From Heterodontus francisci (taxonomy: Eukaryota), in NCBI RefSeq assembly GCF_036365525.1, contig NW_027140825.1:868001-932000 (forward strand): a DNA stretch of 64,000 bases. The letters run 5' to 3'. Each line of letters opens with the position of its first letter. Within the stretch, counting starts at the first letter, position 1. Made by a program: the position numbers and the translations under genes. Under the pieces are notes generated by a model. That model searched no databases. It was not told the origin of the DNA and worked only from the letters and a program-made list of their open reading frames with translations. Positions 24,451-38,900 of this stretch are shown here, piece by piece.

Positions 24451-24910
24451 TGACAGTGCAGCACTCACTCAGTACTGCCGCTCTGACAGTGCAGCACTCA
24501 CTCAGTACAGACCCTCTGACAGTGCAGCACTCACTCAGTACTGACCCTCTGACAGTGCAGCACTCCCTCAGTACAGACCCTCTGACAGTGCAGCACTCCC
24601 TCAGTACTGACCCTCTGACAGTGCAGCACTCCCTCAGTACTGCCCCTCTGAAAGTGCAGCGCTCCCTCAGTACTGACCCTCTGAAAGTGCAGCACTCCCT
24701 CAGTACAGACCCTCTGACAGTGCAGCACTCACTCAGTACTGCCGCTCTGACAGTGCAGCACTCACTCAGTACTGACCCTCTGACAGTGCAGCACTCTCTC
24801 AGTACTGCCGCTCTGACAGTGCAGCACTCACTCAGTACTGACCCTCTGACAGTGCAACACGCCCTCAGTACTGACCCTCTGACAGTGCAGCACTTCCTCA
24901 GTCCTGCCCT
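24449..24910. repeat. 33-bp minisatellite, ~14 units (CTCTGACAGTGCAGCACTCMCTCAGTACTGMCC)
   Basis: Gives the 11-aa periodic ORFs TVQHSLSTDPL / ECCTVRGSVL. Confidence 0.95.
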
Positions 24911-25379
24911 CATGACTGAAGCTATTGTTTCCAGTTTCCGCTCCAAACTCCACTCTTTAACTACTGACTCTATCCCTCTCCCTGGCAGCAGTCTGAGTTT
25001 AAGCCAGTCTGTTCGAAAGGCTGGTGTCACATTTGATGCCGAAATGGGCTTCTGACCTCATGTAGGCACCATCACTAACGCTGCCCATTTCCACCTCTGT
25101 AACATCACCCAAACTCGCCCCTGTTTCAGCTGATCTGCGGCTGAAACCTTCATTCACGCCTTTGTCAGCTCTAGACTTCACAATGTCAAGACACTCCTGA
25201 TGCTCTCCCACTTTCTGTAAACCTGAGGTAATCTAAAACTCTTCTGCCTGTGTCTTCAGCTACTCCAAGTCCCGTTCCCCTGTCACTCCTGTGCTCGCTG
25301 CCCGACATTGGCTCCCGGTCAAGCAACATCCACATTTTAAAATTCTCGTCCTTGTCCTCAAATCCCCCCATGGCCTTTC

Positions 25380-26240
25380 CCCTCCCTATCTCTGTAATCT
25401 CCACCAGTCTCTACAACCCTCCCTATCTCTGTAACCTCCACCAGTCTCTCCAACCCTCCCTATCTCTGGAACATCCACCAGTCTCTGCAACCCTCCCTAT
25501 CTCTGTAACCTCCACCAGTCTCTACAACCCTCCCTATCTCTGTAACCTCCACCAGTCTCTACAACCCTCCCTATCTCTGTAACCTCCTCCAGTCTCTACA
25601 ACCCTCCCTATCTCTGTAACCTCCACCAGTCTCTGCAAACCTCCCTATCTCTGTAACCTCCACCAGTCTCTGCAAATTCTCTATCGCTGTTACCACCTCC
25701 AGTTCCTACAACCCTCCCTATCTCTGTAACTGCCTCCATCCCCTAATGCCCTCACTTCCTCTGTAACGTCCTCCAGCACCTACAACCCTCCTTTGTCTCA
25801 ATAACCTACTCCAGCTATTGCAACCCTCCCTATCTCTGTAACTGCCTCCAGCCCGACAACACTCCCTATCGATGTAACCCCCTTCAGTCCCTCCAACTCT
25901 CGATATCTCTTTAACTTCCTCCAGCCCTGACAGCCCTCCTTATATCTGAAACTTCCTGCAGTCTCAACAACCATCCCTATCTCTGTAACCTCCTCCAGCC
26001 ATTGCAACCCTCCCTAACTCTGTAACAGCCTCCAGCCCGAAAACCCTCCCTATCTCTGTAACCGCCTCCAGCCCCAACAGCCCCCCTATCTCTGAAACCT
26101 CCTGCAGTCCCTAGAGCCCTCCATATCTTTTACCACCTCCAGCACCTCGAGCCCTCCCTATTTCTGTAACCTCCACCTGCACCTAAATCCCTCCCTCCCT
26201 CTGTAACGTCCTCCAGCCCCGACAACCTCCCGCAATCTCT
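25380..26240. repeat. ~37-bp minisatellite (CCTCCCTATCTCTGTAACCTCCACCAGTCTCTACAAC)
   Basis: Tandem units visible; second array at 45585-46002. Confidence 0.92.
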
Positions 26241-27099
26241 GCACTCCTCTAATACTGGGTTTTTGAGCAACCCCGACCTTAATGGTTCAACCACTGGTGG
26301 CCGCAGCAGGGACATTGATATCTGCTCAGGGGCCTCACAGTGTCGTGTGTACTGCCTACAAAAGTCTTCTCCCAGCTCTCTGGCTTTGCTCATTGTTGTT
26401 TGCATATGTTGCTGAATGTGTACCTGTGGCCTGTGGGAGATCTTATCTGTGCCTCTGATATGAACAGTCCACTGTTCTCCGACTGTGAGCATCTTCTGAC
26501 AAACATATTTACTTTGCAGGTATTTTATCAGCTGCCATAGAGCAGGAAGGACATAGAGGAGCAGAGCTGAAAAGAAATAACTGAGGGGTGAAAAAAATTA
26601 TGTGATGATTTGAGACTTTAGCTACCCCGATATTGAATTGGGCAGTCAGTAAGATTATACGAAATGGGAGCAAGGAGTAGGCCATTCGGCCCCTCGAGCC
26701 TGCTCAGCCATTCTATAAGATCATGGCTGATCTGATTGTCGCTTTAACTCCACTTTCCTTTCTGCCCTCGATAACCCCGACTCCCTTGTCGAATCAAAAT
26801 CTGTCTAAGTCAGGCTTGAATATATTCAATGACCCAGCCTCCGTTGCTCTCCAGGGAACGGAGTTCCACAGACTCACAATTCTCTGAGAGAAAAATATCC
26901 GCCTCATCTCCATCTTAAATGGGAGACCCCCTTATTCTGAAATTGTTACGCCTAGTTCTAGATTCCCAAACGAGAAGGAACATCCACTCAGCATCTACCC
27001 AGTCAAGCCCCCTCAGAATCTTACGTGGCTCATTTTTCTAAACTCCAATGAGTATCTGCCCAACCTCTTCAAACATTCCTCATAATAATCAAAGAATCA

Positions 27100-28260
27100 C
27101 AGAATTGTGACCATGCCGAAGGAGGCCATTCGGCCCATCGTCCTCCCACCGGCTCTCTGAAAGAGCAACGCCCTCAGTTCCACTCCCCCGGCCTCTTCCT
27201 GTAACCCTGCAAATTCTTCCATTTCATGTAACTGTCTAATTTTATTTTAAATGTTTCAGTTGTATCTGCCTCCACCATGTTCCCAGGCAGCGCATCCCAG
27301 ACCTTAACCATTCGCTGCATGAAAACTTGTTTCCCCATGTCACTTTTGCTTCTCTTACCAAATACTTTAAATCTGTGCCATCTCGTTCTCGATAATTTCA
27401 CGAGTGGGAACATTGGCTACTATGTCCAGGCCCCTCATGATTTTGAATATCTCTCTCAAATCACCTCCCAGCCTTCTCTTCTCCAAGGAAAACAGTCCGA
27501 ACTTCTCCAATCTATCTTCATAACTGAAATTCCTCAACCCTGGAACCATTCTTGTGAATCTCGTCTGTACTCTCTCAAATGCCCTCACATCTTTTCTCAA
27601 GTGCAACACCCAGAATTGGAGGCAATACTCCAGCTGAGGACAAACTAGTGTCTTATACGAGTTCAACATAACTTCCTTGCTCTTGTAATCTATGCCCCGA
27701 TTAATATAGCCCAGGATACTGTATGCTTTATCAACCACTCTCTCAACCTGTCCTGCCATCTTCAATGACTTATGCACAGAAACACACAGGTCTCTCTGCT
27801 CCTTCACCCCCTTTAGAATTGTAACCTCGATTCTATATTTTCTCTCCATGTTCTTCCTAACAAAATTAATCACTTCACATTTCTCCACATTGAACCTCAT
27901 CTGTCACTTGTCTGCCCATTCCACCAACTTGTTTCTGTCCTTTTGAAGTTCTACACTATCCTCCTCACAGTTCACAATGCTTCCAAGTTTCGTATCATCT
28001 GCAAATTTTGAAATTGTGCCCTGCACACCGAGGTCTAGGACATTAATATATATCAGGAAAAGCAAGGGTCCCAACACTGATCCCTGGGGAAGTCCACTAC
28101 AAACCTTTCTCCAGTCCGAAAAACATCCATTAACCACTATTCTCTGTTTCCTGTCACTCAGCCAATTTCGTAATCCATGTTGCTACCGTCCTATGTATTC
28201 CAAGAGCTACATGTTTGCTCACAAGTCTGATGTGTGGAACTGTATCAAATGCCTTTTGAA
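27100..28260 (-). mobile_element. CR1-like LINE 3' part
   Basis: ORFs 27904-28137 (GLPQGSVLGPLLFLIYIN..KFADDTKLG) and 27367-27900. Confidence 0.93.
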
Positions 28261-28261
28261 A

Positions 28262-28827
28262 TGCCAGGATTTCTCATTTTCCTCTGTCAGGCCTTGAATG
28301 AGTTGGATTATCCAGGGTGGAAGCACAGACCAGAATAGAATGGAGTAGCACAAGGTTTGGGGAATGCTGGGCAGTCCCACCACGTACAGTCACATCCCTT
28401 CTGATCTCAGCCCTCAGCAATCATTTAACAGTGAGTGTTCCCTCCCTGAACAAAAAAACACTGGATTTCCATGATCAGATGGGAAAGTCATTCCAGCAAA
28501 ATCAATAATCTTCTTGAGACTGTCAGGTTTAGCGTTCATAGATATATTGAGCAGACAGAGAATGCAATAAAACTTTAAACACACAGTTTACAATCAGATT
28601 TACAATCACACTGGGTGGTCAGGGAGTCAAACACGTTAAAAGGCCTTTCCATGCTGCAGCACTCCTTGTTTGAATGTCCATCAATGGAAGATACACAGCC
28701 ATGTTCACTTATTGCAGACGTTTTACATTGTTACACTAGAGAGTTGTGACCAATGAGTCATTTCACAACAGTTCAACAGACTGGTCAGGATGTTAATATT
28801 GGGAAATTGGAGAGGAGCAGGGAGTCA
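28262..28827 (-). repeat. Right arm of inverted duplication of 18964-20065 (internal ~540 bp missing)
   Basis: Reverse-complement match. Confidence 0.9.
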
Positions 28828-28829
28828 GT

Positions 28830-29350
28830 GAATGGCAATAGTTCCAGGGGTTATGGGTGAACAGGGTTCGGAGTGAGTTAAGACACAGGCAGCAAATGTT
28901 TGTATGAGGATCTGATCAGGAAGTGTGAAGGATGTGCGGTTGGCCAGGAGAGTATAGGTATCGTCCAGTCTGGAGGTAACAGAGGCACTGATGAGGGTTC
29001 CAGCAGCAGATGAGCTGAAGCAGGGGCGGAGTCGAGAGATGGTGTGGAGGTGGAAATGGACAGTCTTGGTGATGGTGTGGATATGTGGTCGAAAACTCAT
29101 CTCGGGGTCAAACACAACAACAAAGGCTGAAAACTGTCTTGATCAGTTTCAGACAGGTACCAGAGATGGTGTCGGTGGTCCAAGAATGACATTTGTGTCG
29201 GGGACCACAGACAATGGCTTCAGTCTTCCCAATATTTAGTAGGAGAAAATAACTGCTCATCCAGTATTGGATGTTAGACAAGCAGTGTGGCAGAGCAGAG
29301 ACAATGGAAGCATTCACAGAGGTGTTATTGAGATGGAGTGTTGTCAGCAT
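28830..29350 (-). mobile_element. L2-like LINE fragment
   Basis: CLSNIQYWMS..FLLLNIGKTEAIV and FDPEMSF..HI..ITK...FHL..ISRLR motifs. Confidence 0.8.
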
Positions 29351-29974
29351 TAGGTTCCTGAGCTCAGTATAACTCCCTTAATTTGTTATTAAACATTTGA
29401 CATATGCCACACATAAATGCTTTGTACTCAATGAAAGCTTTCCTTTTCAATATATTTTGATTCTGCAAAGTTCAGCATCAACCAATCCCCCATTCTGCAT
29501 GAACCCTCAATTTAAAAGATGTTATCTACCCTGAGGTTCTCCATGGACAAGGACGAACTGTTTTCCTTGCCTCTGTTCTCAGTACTGACAGCTCCATGAA
29601 GCTGAGGGACCTCTACTCAATGGTAGATCTTTAAAGAAACTCCCTCATTAAACCTGAGATCACTTCATCCTGAAAGTGGCCAGAGCTGTCAGGTTAGTCT
29701 GGGTTCAGCTGACCAGTGGTCACTGTATACAAATGGGATCGTACTTCTCTATTTAACAAAGCAATAGCTTAAAGCTCCCACACCCTTGCGGTATAAAGAC
29801 ACACCAATTACAGTATAACATTAGCATACTTCTAGTCGGAGATTAACCCTTTGCTGACAATTTCCTTGAGTTAAACAAGGTGAAGATAAGATGGTACAGT
29901 GATTGAGTGAGGATGTAAAACACACAGAGACTGGATCACACGTGTCGGGTGCTTGTTGACATGTCCAAACACCT

Positions 29975-32900
29975 TCACACTTCCACAGGCTCACAAGCCG
30001 AGCACTGAACGTCTTCTGGATCCAATTCGAGCTTCGTGTGTGGACACTGATCCTGGAACATGTGCTTCATCTGCATCGCAGAGAGGAGAAACGATGAGTA
30101 TTACTGCAAGGGGAGGAGTGAATAGAAATAGACAGAGAGCATACAGACAGAGATCGGGAGAGAGGGTGGGGACAAGACAGTGAGAGACAGGGTGAGGCAA
30201 AGATACTCAGATAGAGGGAGAGATGCAGAGGGAGGGTGGGAGAGCTACAGGGATTGTGACAGAGGTAGAGAAACAGAGAGCGTGAGAGCGAGAGGTCGTC
30301 AGAGATGCAGTGAGGGAGAGACAGACACAGACAGAAAGAAAGACAAAGAAAGAGAAATACAGAGTGGGTGAGCGAGGCAGAGAAAGAGACAGAGATAGAA
30401 AGGACATAAAGAGAGAATGGGGAGAGTGAGAGGGAAGATCAGAGAGAGGTTACCGTACAACGAGGAGGCCATTCATCCCCTCTAGTCTGTTACACAGGAA
30501 CAGGAGGAGGCCATTCAGCCCCTCGTTCGAGTTATTACACAGGAACAGGAGAAGGCCATTCAGCCCCCTCACCCCCTCTCCAGCCTTTCACACAGGCTCA
30601 GGAGGAAGCCCATTCAACCCCTCACAAGCCTGATCTGGGGGACCAGAAGATAAGCAGAGGGGGAATTAGAGCTGTTTAAATAATGACCTGGAGTTCCCAT
30701 TCAGTGAATACAGACAGTGAGAGGGAGGATCTGTTGCCGCCCGTGTTTCTCCTCAGTCCAGTGCAGTCTCTCACCCTCTCCACAACGATTCTCTTTGCAG
30801 TTTCATCATCCAGATCAGTCATTGAAGTGATCTTCACATTAATCCTCTTGTATTTGGTATCTAAACACAACAGTCACAACATCAACAGGTTGAACACACC
30901 CATAGTTTAGCACAGGGCACGGGACGTATTTCGAATGATCTCTCCTCTCTAATTTAAACTCTCTTTCCTCCAGTTTGTCAACCACTCGTTTGTTCATCTG
31001 TCTCTGTTATTCTCTCTATCTCAACTCGTCTTGTCTCTAATCTGCCCTCCCTGTGTTATCATCCTCTATCCTGCACTCTCTTCTCTGTTGCCTCTTGTTC
31101 CATCTCCCAAGATCATTTGCATTCCGTGTTTACTCCGGTCTCACTGCCCTTTTCTCTGTCTCTGTCGATCACTCTCACTCTCTCTCTCTCTCTGATGCTC
31201 TCTGTCCCTCTGACAAAGACAAAGACAGAGAGACAGACAAAGAGCATCTGTGAGAGAGACACAGAAAGAGAAAGTGAGAGTCAGAGAGACAGACAGGGAG
31301 ACAGAACATCAGAGAGAGTGGGAGACAGAGTGAAGTGAAAGAGGGAGCTGGAGAAACTGAGAGCCAGATAGGAGAGAGGCGGTTACAGAAATGAAATATA
31401 TTTATATATGCGTGTGAAAGGCAGATAAAGGAGAAACAGAGAGACAGAGATAAAACTGAGAGTTACAGAGAGAGGGATGTGAGATAGAAGCTCAAAGATA
31501 TTTCTGAAGGAATTTCTGAACGTTTACGTTTCTGTGTTTCCCAATGTATCCACTCATACTGAACACAAGTGACTGCAACTCTTGTCTGACAGCACAGACA
31601 AGGCAGAGAGAGAGAGTGAGAACGATGGGTTTTCCTACACAGAACGATCACACAGCTGTTTGGAGGCCCTCGGTCCTGATATATTTGTGCCAGACTGAGA
31701 CAGCAGGAGCGATTTAATATTCCTGAAATGTGGAGGATCTGAAACGTTCCCACCGTCATCAGAAACAGGCTGGGAGTCGGGAGGTTCCTCGGGAGTAGAC
31801 GGAATCCCCGAGTCTGAGAGGATCAAATAAAGACAAGAGGAATTTCACTGGGATTCAGAACGCTGGATGAGTGGACAGAAGTGTTTCAACACAGAACCTC
31901 CTCTCGGATGTAATCTAACTCCCTCGACACACTGAATCAATGTATACCAGCCTTAACTGAGGGGGGACACAAGATATCATCGGCTGCAGAATCAGTTACT
32001 ACTCCGACAAGGAAAGAAAATGAACGGAGAAAACTCAGGAGATTATCAAAGTGATCAGCGAAACGACAGGGGGAAAGTGGAGTCAGAGAACAACAGAGAG
32101 CAGGAGTGAGAGAAAAGGAGGGAAGGCGACAGGTGTGAGACAGAAAAGAGTAAGGGAGATCTGGAATGATTGTGAACAAGAGAGAGAAAAGAAAACAGCA
32201 CTGTAATGTTCCCCTTAATCAATACTGATACCCCTCCTCCTTTCCTTCCTCCCCTCTCTTTCCTGAACACCTTGTAGTCAGGAATATTCACTACCCAGTC
32301 CTGCCCCACTTAGAGCCAGGACTCTGTTATTGCCACAACATCATATTTCCACATGGCTATCTGCGCCTGCAGCTCAACAACCTTATTTACCACTGTCCAT
32401 GCATTCATATACACACACATTAAACTGAATTTACAGCTCATCACCTTTCCTCTTACACTGTCCCCGTCTCATACGATACTCTTATCGACTCCATTGTTAT
32501 CTGTCCCTCCTAATTCTCTGTGCATCTATGTTTTGCTCTCTAATAATGCTCAGACCACTGTTTTTCCTGATGTATATTAATGACATAGACTGGGGCGTAC
32601 AGGGCACACTTTCAAAATCTGCAGATGACACAAAACCTGGAAGTATTGTGAACTGTGAGGAGGTTATAGACAGGCTGGTGGGATGGGCAGACACTGGCAA
32701 ATGAAATTTATCACAGAGAATTGTGAAGTGATTCATTTTGGTCGGACGAACGAGAGGCAATATAAAATAAAGGATACAATTCTAAAGGAGATGCAGGGGC
32801 AGAGGGACCTGGGGGGACATGTGCACAAATCATTGAAGGTGGCAAGACAGGTCGAGAGAGCGGTCAATACTTAGGAAGGATGTTAAGGTATTCGAGAGGG

Positions 32901-35900
32901 TGCAGAGAAGATTTACCAGAATGGTTCCCGGGATGAGGGACGTCAGTGACATGAATAGATCGGAGAAGCTGGGGCTGTTCTCCCTGGAGAAGAGACGATT
33001 AAGACGAGATTTGAGCAAGATGTTCATAATCAAGAGGGAACTGGACAGAGTAGTCAGGGAAAAACTGTTCCTCTTGGTGGGAGGATCCAGAACGAGAGAG
33101 CAACGGTTTTAGGTGAGTGGTAAAAGTCACAACAGAGACAGGGAAACCTTTTCACACAGTGAGTGGTTAGGATCTGAAATGCACTGCATGAGAGTGTGCT
33201 GGAGGCAGGTTTAATTGAGGCTTTCAAAAGGGAATTGGATAATTGTCATGGCAGAAAAAATCTGCAGGGCGACAGGAAAATGGCAGGAGTGGGAGTAGGT
33301 GAGTTGCACTGCCAGAGAGCTGGCACGGTGAAGATGGGCTGAACAGAAACTTTCTGTGCCGTAACCAGTCTTTGATTCCATGATTCTGCGATGATAACCC
33401 CACAAAGCAGATACCTTAGCTTCTAGAGCCCGGTGGGTAGTGGATGAAACCTCAGTAGATTCTCTAGTCGATTGTTCCTCGGATTCCTGAGTTTGAGCAT
33501 CATGCTGCCCTCAGTCTCTATCACAGTCACCTCAGTCACTGCATTACACTCACCTCAGTCACTTTATCACATTCCCCTCAGTCACTGCATCACACTCCCC
33601 TCAGTCGTGTATCCCTCTCCCGTCAGTCGCTGTATCACACTCTCCTCAGTCGCTGTCTCGCACTCCCTTCAGCTCACTGTATCACAATCCCCTCAGTCAC
33701 TGCATTATATTCCCTTCAGTCACTGCATTCCACTCCCCTCAGACAGTGTCTCACACTCTACTCAGTCACTGTATCACACTCCCCCAGTCACTGTATCACA
33801 CACCCTTCAGTTCACCGTATCCCACTCCCCTCAGACAGTGTCTCACACTCCCCTCAGGCAGTGTATCACACTCCCCTCAGTCACTGTATCCCACTCCCCT
33901 CAGACAGTGTCTCACACTCCCCTCAGACACTGTAGCGCAGTCCCCTCAGTCACTGTATCACACTCCCTTCAGTCACTGTATCCCACTCCCCTCAGTCAGT
34001 GTATCACACTCCCCTCAGTCACTGCATCCCACACCCCTCAGTCACTGTACCACACTCCCTTCAGTCACTGTATCCCACTCCCCTCAGTCAGTGTATCACA
34101 CTCCCCTCCGTAACTGTATCACACTCCCCTCAGTCACTGTATCACACTCCCTGAGTGACTGTATCACACACCCCTCAGTCACTGTATCATGCTCCCCTCA
34201 GTCACTGTATCACACTCCCCTCACACACTGCATCACACTCCCCTCTGTCACTGTATCACACTTCCTCTGTCATTGTATCACACTACCCTCAGTCACTGTA
34301 TCACATCCCCCTCAGACTCTGTATCACACTACCCTCAGTCGCTGCATCACATCCCCTCAGTGACTGTATCATACTAACCTCAGACACTGTATCACACTCC
34401 CCTCAGTCACTGTATCACACTCCCTTCAGTCACTGTGTCCCACTCACCTCAGTCTCTGTATCACACTCCCCTCCGTAACTGTATCACACTCCCTGAGTCA
34501 CTGTATCACACTACCCTCAGTCGCTGCATCACACTACCCTCAGTCGCTGCATCACACTCCCCTCAGTGACTGCATCATACTACCCTCAGACACTGTATCA
34601 CACTCCCCTCAGTCACTGTATCACACTCCCTGAGTGACTGTATCACACCCCTCAGTCACTGTCTCATACTACCCTCAGACGCTGTATCCCACTCCCCTCA
34701 GTCACCTCATCCCACTCCTCTCAGTCTCTACATCTCACTCCCCTCGGTCACGGCATCCAACTCCCCTCAGTCTCTACATCGCACTCCCTTCAGTCTCTAC
34801 ATCCCATTCCCCTCATTCACGGCATCCAACTCCTCTCATTCACTACATCCCAATCCTCTCAGTCTCTCCATCCCACTCCTCTCAGTCACTGCATCCCTCT
34901 CCCCTCAATCAGTGCATCCCACTCCTCTCAGTCACTGCAACCCGCTCCCCTCAGCCACTGCATCCCACTCCTCTCAGGCACTGCATCCCACTCCTCTCAG
35001 GCACTGCATCCCACTCCCCTCAATCGTTGCATCCCACACCCCTCAATCAGTGCATTCCACTCCACTCAGTCTCTACATCCCACTTCCCACAATTACTGCA
35101 TCCCACTCCGCTCAATTACATCATCCCACTCCCCTCAGTCCTTTATAGCCACTCCAGGCGCTGCTTCACAAACCACTGACCACCTCCACGCGCGTATCCA
35201 CTGTCTCTCGAGATATGGACGCCCAAAAGAACTCCCCTCAGTCACTGCATCCCACTCCCCTCAGTCACTGCATCCCACTCCCCTCAATCACCACATCCCA
35301 CTCCCCTCAGTCACCCCATCCCACTCCCCTCAGCCACTGCATCCCACTCCTCTCAGTCACTGCATCCCACTCCCCTCAATCAGTGCATCCCACTCCCCTC
35401 AGTCATTGCATCCCACTCCCCTCAGTCACTGCATCCCACTCCCCTCAGTCACTGCATCCCACACCCCTCAATCAGTGCATTCCACTCCCCAGTCACTGCA
35501 TCCCAATCCCCTCAGCCTCTGCATCCCACTCCCTTCCGTCACTACATCCCACTCCCCTCAAGTACTGCATCCCACTGCCTTCAGTCCACTGCATCCCATT
35601 CCCCTCCGTCACTGCATCCCACTCCCCTCAGTCAGTGCATCCCACTCCTCTCAGTCACTACATCCCACTCCCCTCAGTCACTACATCCCACTCCCCTCAG
35701 TCTATGTATTCCACTCCCCTCAATTACATCATCCCACTCTCCTTAGTCACTCCATCCCAGTCCCCTCAGTCACCACATCCCTCTCCCCTCAGTCACCCCA
35801 TCCCACTCACCTCAGTCACTCCATCCCACTTCCCTCAGTCACCCCATCCCACTCCCCTCAGTCACTCCATCCAACTTCCCTCATTCACTCCCTTCCACTT

Positions 35901-38900
35901 CCCGCAGTCACTCCATCCCACTTCCCTCAGTAAGAGACTGGATGATCTCGAGGACTGATCTTCTATGGTGCAACATTGGGTGTGGAATCTGTTTCGAATG
36001 CACCCCACAAGGGGGATACCTGATGTTCCAGACACCGCTGGGGTAGACGATGATCCCCTAGTGGATTCTCGAGTTGTTTGTTCCTCGGGTTCCTCAGTTA
36101 CGACAGTCTCTGGATCTGTAATAAAGGAAGAGGGCAGAGTGGAGAAAACCCGAAGAGCTCGTTTATTTAGTTCTCTAGTCCAGACAGTGTCAGATTTTCA
36201 TCTTTATCAAACCCTCGAAGATCCTATCCAACTCCTCGTGAACATTGCTTCCTGGAGAGGGAGTGTGAGGTGCCCAGCACTGCAGTGGGGACCTGACGTG
36301 AGCCATGAACACTGCAGGGATCAGAGTGCCTGATAGACAGAGACAGCAGAGTCTGGTTCAGTTCCCTAGAGTTTCAGTGAAGTACACTTTGTGTTTCAGA
36401 TCCTTTATTCACTGTGTCCCTGACAATAAGGAGGGGAGTGAGTAAACCGTCTCATTTCTGTGGGTGACACGGGACATCCCAGAATCACCCTCTGGATGAT
36501 ATAGAAGCATCAATGTACCTGTACAATACGCAGCGCAATAAAACAAGGACTTCAACTCATAAACGAAGTAACTGCTGCAGTTTTTGATCTTTATCTCATG
36601 GACCTTGTCGCAGTGTTTTCTACCCCAGGATAAACAAACTGTCCGTGTTACTTCCCCCTGTCCCACGCTGGGATGGGAACCTGAAATGAGAGTTTATAAA
36701 TATTGAAGACTGTAACCCATGTGAACAGTGCTGTACAGTGAATGTAAATCTGATATTCTCAAGGCTGAAATTACCATTTAACCAGCCTGTAACATGTGTG
36801 GAGCAGTGAAAATCTGGGACAGCAGTCTCCGGAATCTTCCATCCACCAGAACTGAAACAAAGATTACAGAGTCAGTCCCTGAACTGATGGCAAATATTAA
36901 CTGTTAGAGAGACTGGTACCAGCAGATAGTACCAGAAACTGGGGGAAATCCCTTACTCTGCCCATATTGACTAGATTACCCTGAAATTGTTCCTTTACAT
37001 TACCTTTTAAATCTGTACCATCCTTGAGCAAGATTATCATCACACTTCTCCTGACCGGAGCACCCAGTGACATCACAATCGCTGCTCCTCCAGGGCTGGT
37101 CCAGGACTGTGTGATTTACACACGGGTCAGTGAGTGCAGAGTCTGTGACTGAGTGACAGAAAGATGTTTAATGTTAATATGTGACCTTACATCAGAACTG
37201 GGAAAAGTTCTAGTGACAAGTGAAACCGGGGAGAATGTGATGATAAATGGAAGGGATCACACTCCCCTCAGTTACCGTATCACACTCTCCTCAGTCACTG
37301 TACCCCACTCCCCTCAGTCACTGATTCACACTCCCCACAGTCACTGATTCACACTCCCCTGAGTCACTGCATGCCACTCCCCTCAGTCACTACACCCACT
37401 TCCCTCAATTACAGCATCCCACTCCCCTCACTCACTGCACCCACTCCCCTCAGTCAGTGCACCCACTCCCATCAGTCGCTACATCCCACTCCCCACAGTC
37501 ACTACATCCCACTCCCCTCAGTCACTACATCTCACTGCCCTCAGTCACTGCATCCCTCTCCCCTTAGTCGCTGCATCCCACTCCCCTCAATTACTGCATC
37601 CCACTCCCCTCAATCACTGCATCCCACTTCTCTATGTCACTGTACCCACTCCACCGAATCACTCTATACCATTCCCTTCAGTCACTGCACCTCACTCCCC
37701 GCTTCTCTACATCCTACTCCCCTCAGTTACCACATCACACTTAGTAGTCACTACATCCCACTTCCCTCAATTACAGCATCCCACTCCCCTTAGTCACTAC
37801 ATCCCACTCCCGTCAGTCACTGTATCCCACTCCCCTCAGTCTCTGTATCCCACTCCCCTCAGTCGCTACTTCCCACTCCCCTGTCACTACACCCCACTCT
37901 CCTCAGTCACTACACCCCACTCTCCTCAGTCACTACATCCCACTCCCCTCAGTCACTACATCCCACTCCCCTCAGTCACTACATCCCACTCCCCACATTC
38001 ACTGTATCCTACTCCACCTAGTCACCGCATCTCATTCGCTCAGTCACTGTATCCCACTCCCCTCAGTCTCTGTATCCCACTCCCCTCAGTCGCTACTTCC
38101 CACTCCGCTCAATCACTGCATCCCACACCCCTCAGTCACTACCTCCCACTCCCCTGTCACTCCACCCCACTCCCCTCAGTCACTACATCCCACTCCCCAC
38201 ATTCACTGTATCCTACTCCACCTAGTCACCGCATCTCATTCGCTCAGTCACTACATCCCACTCCCCTCAGTCTCTGCAGACCACTCCTCTCAGTCACTGC
38301 AGCCCACTGCTTACCGAGCTAGCCGTGTCCTAAAAGACAAAGCTGCTAGTCTGGGACTGCGGTAGGTGATGACAGAACCAAAAAGAGGAGAAAATATACT
38401 TGACTTCATCCTCACCAATCTGCCTGCCACATATCCATCTGTCCATGACAGTCTTGGTGGGAGTGACCACCGCACAGTCCTTGTGGAGCCAAAGTCCCAC
38501 CTTCACATTGAGGATACCGTCCATCGTGTTGTGTGGCACTATCACCATGCTAAATGGGATAGATTCAAACAAGTCTAGCAATACAACAATGGGCATCCAT
38601 GAGGTGCTGTGGGAACAACAGCAGCAGCAGAATTGTACTCAACTACAATCTGTAACCTCATGGTCCGGTATATCCCCCAATCGATCATGACCATCAAGCC
38701 AGGAGACCAAACTTGGTTCCATGAAGAGTGCAGGAGGGCATGCAAAGTGCAGCACAAGGCATACCTCAAAATGAGGTGTCAGCCTGGTGAAGCTACAACA
38801 CAGGACTATCTGCATGCCAAACAGCATAATTAGCATGCGATGGACAGAGCTAAGCGATCCCATAACCAACGGATCAAATGAGTTCCGAAGAAGGGTCGCT

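Noticed and set aside
24365-25055. Cys-rich periodic ORF (ECCTVRGSVL)n resembling keratin-associated or metallothionein proteins
   Set aside because: A 33-bp minisatellite expanded from a SINE end; both strands open; no gene structure
31480-31560. Possible extra exon YEWIHWETQKRKRSEIP in the D8C gene
   Set aside because: Open only in phase 0 while neighbouring junctions are phase 1; no clear donor
33472-35958. Long S/H/P/C-rich ORFs (181-247 aa)
   Set aside because: Translations of the 23-bp minisatellite, open in several frames, intronic
33510-38310. Minus-strand repeat unit TACAGTGACTGAG resembles RSS start CACAGTGACTCAG, and the period is 23 bp
   Set aside because: Lacks the invariant CAC and any nonamer; the period match to the spacer length is probably coincidence
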